Shown: piece by piece, positions 61,125-64,000 of the stretch
Position numbering within the stretch: position 1 is the stretch's first letter
How the letters are laid out: every line of letters begins with the position of its first letter
Assembly (NCBI GenBank): GCA_963735455.1
Contig: CAVTKZ010000004.1
Coordinates: 371,238-435,237 of the forward strand
Length of the DNA stretch: 64,000 nt
Direction: 5' to 3'
Source of the DNA: an uncultured Chloroflexia bacterium
GTDB lineage: Bacteria > Chloroflexota > Limnocylindria > Limnocylindrales > CSP1-4
Position numbers and translations under genes: made by a program
Notes under the pieces: model-generated
Databases searched by the model: none
Told to the model about the DNA's origin: nothing
The model's input: the letters and a program-made list of their open reading frames with translations, nothing else

Positions 61125-62096
61125 CTAGTTCGTGGTGGCCTGGCCGGCCTCGGCCTTGGTCAGGAGGGCCGCCGCGATGTTGATCGGGACGGCGAAGCCG
61201 ATCCCCTCGGCGCTCGAGTCGGTGGCGGTGTTGATCCCGATCACCTGGCCCGCCGCGTTGAGGAGCGGTCCGCCGCTGTTGCCCTCGTTGATCGCGGCGT
61301 CGGTCTGGATCAGCCCGGTCAGATGGACCGGCCGCCCGGTGGCCTCGTCCTGGACGTCGATCTGGCGCCCGGTGCCGCTCACGATGCCGGTCGTGACCGT
61401 TCCCGCGAAGGTCCCCAGCGGATCGCCGATGGCGACCGCCAGCTGGCCGATCTGGAGGTTGTCGGAGTTGCCCAGGGTGACCGTCGGCAAGCCGGTCGCC
61501 GCGATCTTGACCACGGCCACGTCGTGGGTCGGATCGGTCCCGACGACGGTGCCGTCGAACTGGCGGCCGTCGGACAGCTGGACGGTCAGCGTGCCGCTGC
61601 TGGCGATCACGTGGCGGTTGGTCAGGATGTAGCCGTCGGCCGTCACGATCATCCCCGAGCCGATCGAGGTGCCCGAGCTGCGGCCGAAGCCGCCGCTGCC
61701 GGCATCGGTGATCGTGACCACGGCCGGGCTGGCCAGCGCGGCAATCTGGACGATCGGCTGGTTGGCCGAGCCGCTGCTGGTGGGGGCGCTGGTGCTGGTG
61801 CTGGTCAGCTTGGCCGGGGCGCTGGTCGCGGCCGGCGCGGCGGCCGGCAGGGTAAGCTCGATGACCCCGAATGTCCCGCTCGCGGCGAGGACCGCGGCCA
61901 GGACGGCGGTCAGGACGATCGCCCCGCGACCGACGCCGCCGCCGCTCGGCGGGCGAGCCGGCGGCGTGACCGGCGGGAGGGGGGCCACCGGCGGTGGTGC
62001 CTCGTAGGCCGACTCGTCGTAGGTGATCGGCTGGGCCGGGGCGGTGGGGTAGTCGTAGGGGCTGTTGGTGGGGCCTGGGTCGGTTGGCTGGGTCAT
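61125..62096 (-). CDS. membrane-anchored trypsin-like serine protease (S1C/HtrA-like, no PDZ domain)
   Basis: ATG at 62096. Pro-rich N-terminus and a TM helix. Catalytic 'LTNRHV', 'HDVAVVKI' and '[15 protein letters not shown]'. Confidence 0.85.
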   Translation of the reverse strand: MTQPTDPGPTNSPYDYPTAPAQPITYDESAYEAPPPVAPLPPVTPPARPPSGGGVGRGAIVLTAVLAAVLAASGTFGVIELTLPAAAPAATSAPAKLTSTSTSAPTSSGSANQPIVQIAALASPAVVTITDAGSGGFGRSSGTSIGSGMIVTADGYILTNRHVIASSGTLTVQLSDGRQFDGTVVGTDPTHDVAVVKIAATGLPTVTLGNSDNLQIGQLAVAIGDPLGTFAGTVTTGIVSGTGRQIDVQDEATGRPVHLTGLIQTDAAINEGNSGGPLLNAAGQVIGINTATDSSAEGIGFAVPINIAAALLTKAEAGQATTN

Positions 62097-62158
62097 CGCG
62101 GGAGCCTCGTCGAATGGTGCGGGAGCTGGGGTGTATGCACCTGTTCTACGAACCGGCT

Positions 62159-62176
62159 CTGAGAACCACCTGAAAT
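62159..62176 (-). promoter_or_regulatory. third copy of the direct-repeat box (ATTTCAGGTGGTTCTCAG on the minus strand) upstream of the HtrA-like protease
   Basis: 14/18 match to the 49021 box, with the 3' half-site identical. Lies 10 nt upstream of TAGAAC (62143-62148, minus strand) and ~40 nt upstream of the ATG at 62096. Confidence 0.45.
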
Positions 62177-62190
62177 CAACCCCGGGCGAT

Positions 62191-62988
62191 TCAGGCCTCG
62201 CTGCTGGGCACGCCCATGATGCTGAAGCCGCCATCGACATAGATCACCTCGCCGGTCACCGCGGAGGACAGGTCCGAGGCGAGATACAGGGCGGTCCGGC
62301 CGACGTCCTCGATCGAGATGTTGCGGCGCAGCGGGGCCAGGTCGGCGAATGCCCCGTACATCTTCTTGAAGCCCGAGATGCCCGCGGCGGCCAGGGTCCG
62401 GACGGGTCCCGCGGAGATCGCGTTGACCCGCACGCCGGACGGGCCCAGGTCGGCGGCCAGGTAGCGGACCGATGCCTCGAGGGCGGCCTTGGCGACGCCC
62501 ATCACGTTGTAGTTGCTGACCACCTTCTCGGCCCCGTAGTAGGTCAGGGTCAGGACGCTCGAGCCGGGCCGCAGGACGCCCGCCGCCCGGGCCTCGCGGA
62601 CGACCGCGACGAGCGAATAGGCGCTGACGTCGAGGGCCAGGGCAAAGCCCTCGCGGGACGTGTCGACGAAGCTCCCCTCGAGGTCCTCGCGCTTGGCGAA
62701 GGCCAGGGCGTGGACCAGGATGTCCAGCTGGGCGGCCTGGCCGTGGGCCGTCCGCCAGCGGCTGAAGACCTCGCGAATCTGCTCGTCGGACTGGACGTCG
62801 CAGGGCTCCACGAAGGTCGAGCCGATCGACTCGGCAAGGGGCCGGACTCGCCGCTCGATCAGGCTCTCGACGGAGCTGAAGCCGACCTCGGCGCCCGCCT
62901 CGTGGAGGGCCTGGGCGATGCCCCAGGCGATCGAATGATCGTTCGCGACGCCGAAGATGAGCGCCCGCCGGCCATCGAGCAATCCCAT
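62191..62988 (-). CDS. fabI: enoyl-[acyl-carrier-protein] reductase (NADH)
   Basis: ATG at 62988 preceded by GGAGGAA. '[16 protein letters not shown]' and '[10 protein letters not shown]' FabI SDR signatures. Confidence 0.9.
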   Translation of the reverse strand: MGLLDGRRALIFGVANDHSIAWGIAQALHEAGAEVGFSSVESLIERRVRPLAESIGSTFVEPCDVQSDEQIREVFSRWRTAHGQAAQLDILVHALAFAKREDLEGSFVDTSREGFALALDVSAYSLVAVVREARAAGVLRPGSSVLTLTYYGAEKVVSNYNVMGVAKAALEASVRYLAADLGPSGVRVNAISAGPVRTLAAAGISGFKKMYGAFADLAPLRRNISIEDVGRTALYLASDLSSAVTGEVIYVDGGFSIMGVPSSEA

Positions 62989-63055
62989 GGTTCCTCCGCG
63001 TCGGCTCCGACCGGTCTGGACGCCGGCCACCGGAGCGCACGGTACCATCCCGCCC

Positions 63056-63952
63056 ATGGCCCCAGCCCGAGATGCGCGCCGCCCTGCCGCGGCGGGCGAC
63101 CCGGCCGCCGCCCTGGTCGGAGCGCTGGCCGGCGTGCGCGGCTTGCTGCTCGACCTGGATGGCGTGGTGATCCTGGCCGGCCGCCCGATCGACGGGGCGG
63201 CCGACGCGATCGGCAGCCTCGACCGACGCGGGATCCCGTACCGGATCGTGACCAACACCTCGCTGCTGAGCCGGCGGATGCTCTCGGCGTGGGGCGCCCG
63301 GATCGGGCTGGCCTTGCCGCCCGAGCGGATCCTGTCGGCGCTTTCGCTGTCGGCCGCCTACACCCGCCGGCGGTACCCTGGCCTGCCCCTCTTCGTGCTG
63401 GCCTCGGACGACGCCCGGACCGAGTTCGACGGCCAGCGCCTGCTGACCGACGAAGAGGCCGGCCGGTCCGCCGCCGCGGCCGCGGCCGTCGTGATCGGCG
63501 ACTCGCCCGAAGCCGCCACGTACGCCAACCTGAACCACGCCTTCCGCCTCGTCCGCGCCGGCGCCGAGCTGATCGGGATGCACCGCAACCCGTGGTGGCT
63601 GACGCCCGACGGCCCGACCCTCGATTCGGGCGCCTTCGTGGCCGGCCTCGAGTTCGCCACCGGCCGGCGCGCAACGGTGATCGGCAAGCCCTCGCCGGCC
63701 TTCTTCCGGGCGGCCGCGGCGGAGCTCCTGGCCGGCCTGCCGGGCGCCGCGCGGCACGACCTGGCGATGGTCGGCGACGACGTCTTCAGCGACGTCCTGG
63801 CCGCCCAGCGCCTCGGCCTGCGGGGCGTCTTCGTGCGCTCGGGCAAGCACGGTGAGGCCGAGCTTGCCGCGGCCGGCGCGCGCCGGCGAGGTGGCGGAGT
63901 GCCGACCGCCGTGGCCGACTCGCTGGCTGCGGTGGTCGCTGCCCTCGGCTGA
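63056..63952 (+). CDS. HAD-IIA family hydrolase
   Basis: 'LLLDLDGVV', 'IVTNTS', 'GKPSP' and 'MVGDDVFSDV' HAD motifs I-IV. ATG lies 7 nt after TACCAT (63043-63048). Confidence 0.75.
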   Translation: MAPARDARRPAAAGDPAAALVGALAGVRGLLLDLDGVVILAGRPIDGAADAIGSLDRRGIPYRIVTNTSLLSRRMLSAWGARIGLALPPERILSALSLSAAYTRRRYPGLPLFVLASDDARTEFDGQRLLTDEEAGRSAAAAAAVVIGDSPEAATYANLNHAFRLVRAGAELIGMHRNPWWLTPDGPTLDSGAFVAGLEFATGRRATVIGKPSPAFFRAAAAELLAGLPGAARHDLAMVGDDVFSDVLAAQRLGLRGVFVRSGKHGEAELAAAGARRRGGGVPTAVADSLAAVVAALG

Positions 63953-64000
63953 GCGGACCCTCGCGCTACACTGGCTTCACAAGCCGCCGCCGCCGCGCAT

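Noticed and set aside
63953-64000. A possible gene start or promoter at the window end ('GCGCTACACTGG...').
   Set aside because: A TACACT -10-like hexamer is present, but no start codon follows at leaderless distance and the window ends. This cannot be evaluated.

Overview
High-GC (~70%) bacterial chromosomal window. Its features (Ni-SOD, F420-type LLM oxidoreductase, many leaderless genes) look Actinomycetota- or Chloroflexota-like, but lineage cannot be fixed from sequence alone. I call about 60 protein genes and one tRNA-Gly(UCC). There is no rRNA, CRISPR array, transposase, integrase or recognisable defence system. Content is mostly housekeeping and catabolic: heme O synthase, a beta-CASP MBL nuclease, tandem Rieske oxygenases, xthA, LOG, a MarR-MFS pair, the sodN-sodX Ni-SOD pair, lysA, and a glycogen cluster (GntR, GH13, glgP, glgA). 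It also holds a hydroxyproline-type cluster, PadR-PspC, a cyclase-STAND-TPR protein, etfAB plus a dimethylglycine-dehydrogenase-like gene, trpB2, an acyl-ACP desaturase, an HtrA-like protease and fabI. The most unusual items follow. (1) A ~2.6 kb membrane-anchored collagen-like gene of ~265 Gly-X-Y triplets, rich in NGT sequons, carries a 2-nt lesion inside its own tandem repeats. (2) An 18-bp direct-repeat motif (TCTCAG-N5-TCTCAG), each copy exactly 10 nt upstream of a -10-like hexamer, sits at three promoters. These are an OmpR-type two-component operon, a ferric-reductase/FMN-binding/ApbE flavinylation operon, and an HtrA-like protease 11 kb away, so I predict one regulon. (3) A 287-bp, 100% identical gene-conversion tract links the two tandem Rieske oxygenase paralogs. 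(4) Three otherwise intact conserved genes (MFS, sodX, glgA) each carry a +1-type frameshift. (5) A 415-bp non-coding gap contains long-range inverted repeats. (6) At least 16 genes have a -10-like hexamer 6-9 nt upstream of the start codon, implying leaderless transcription. (7) Two unannotated micro-ORFs were found. Function calls rest on my recognition of family motifs in the translated ORFs, not on database searches.
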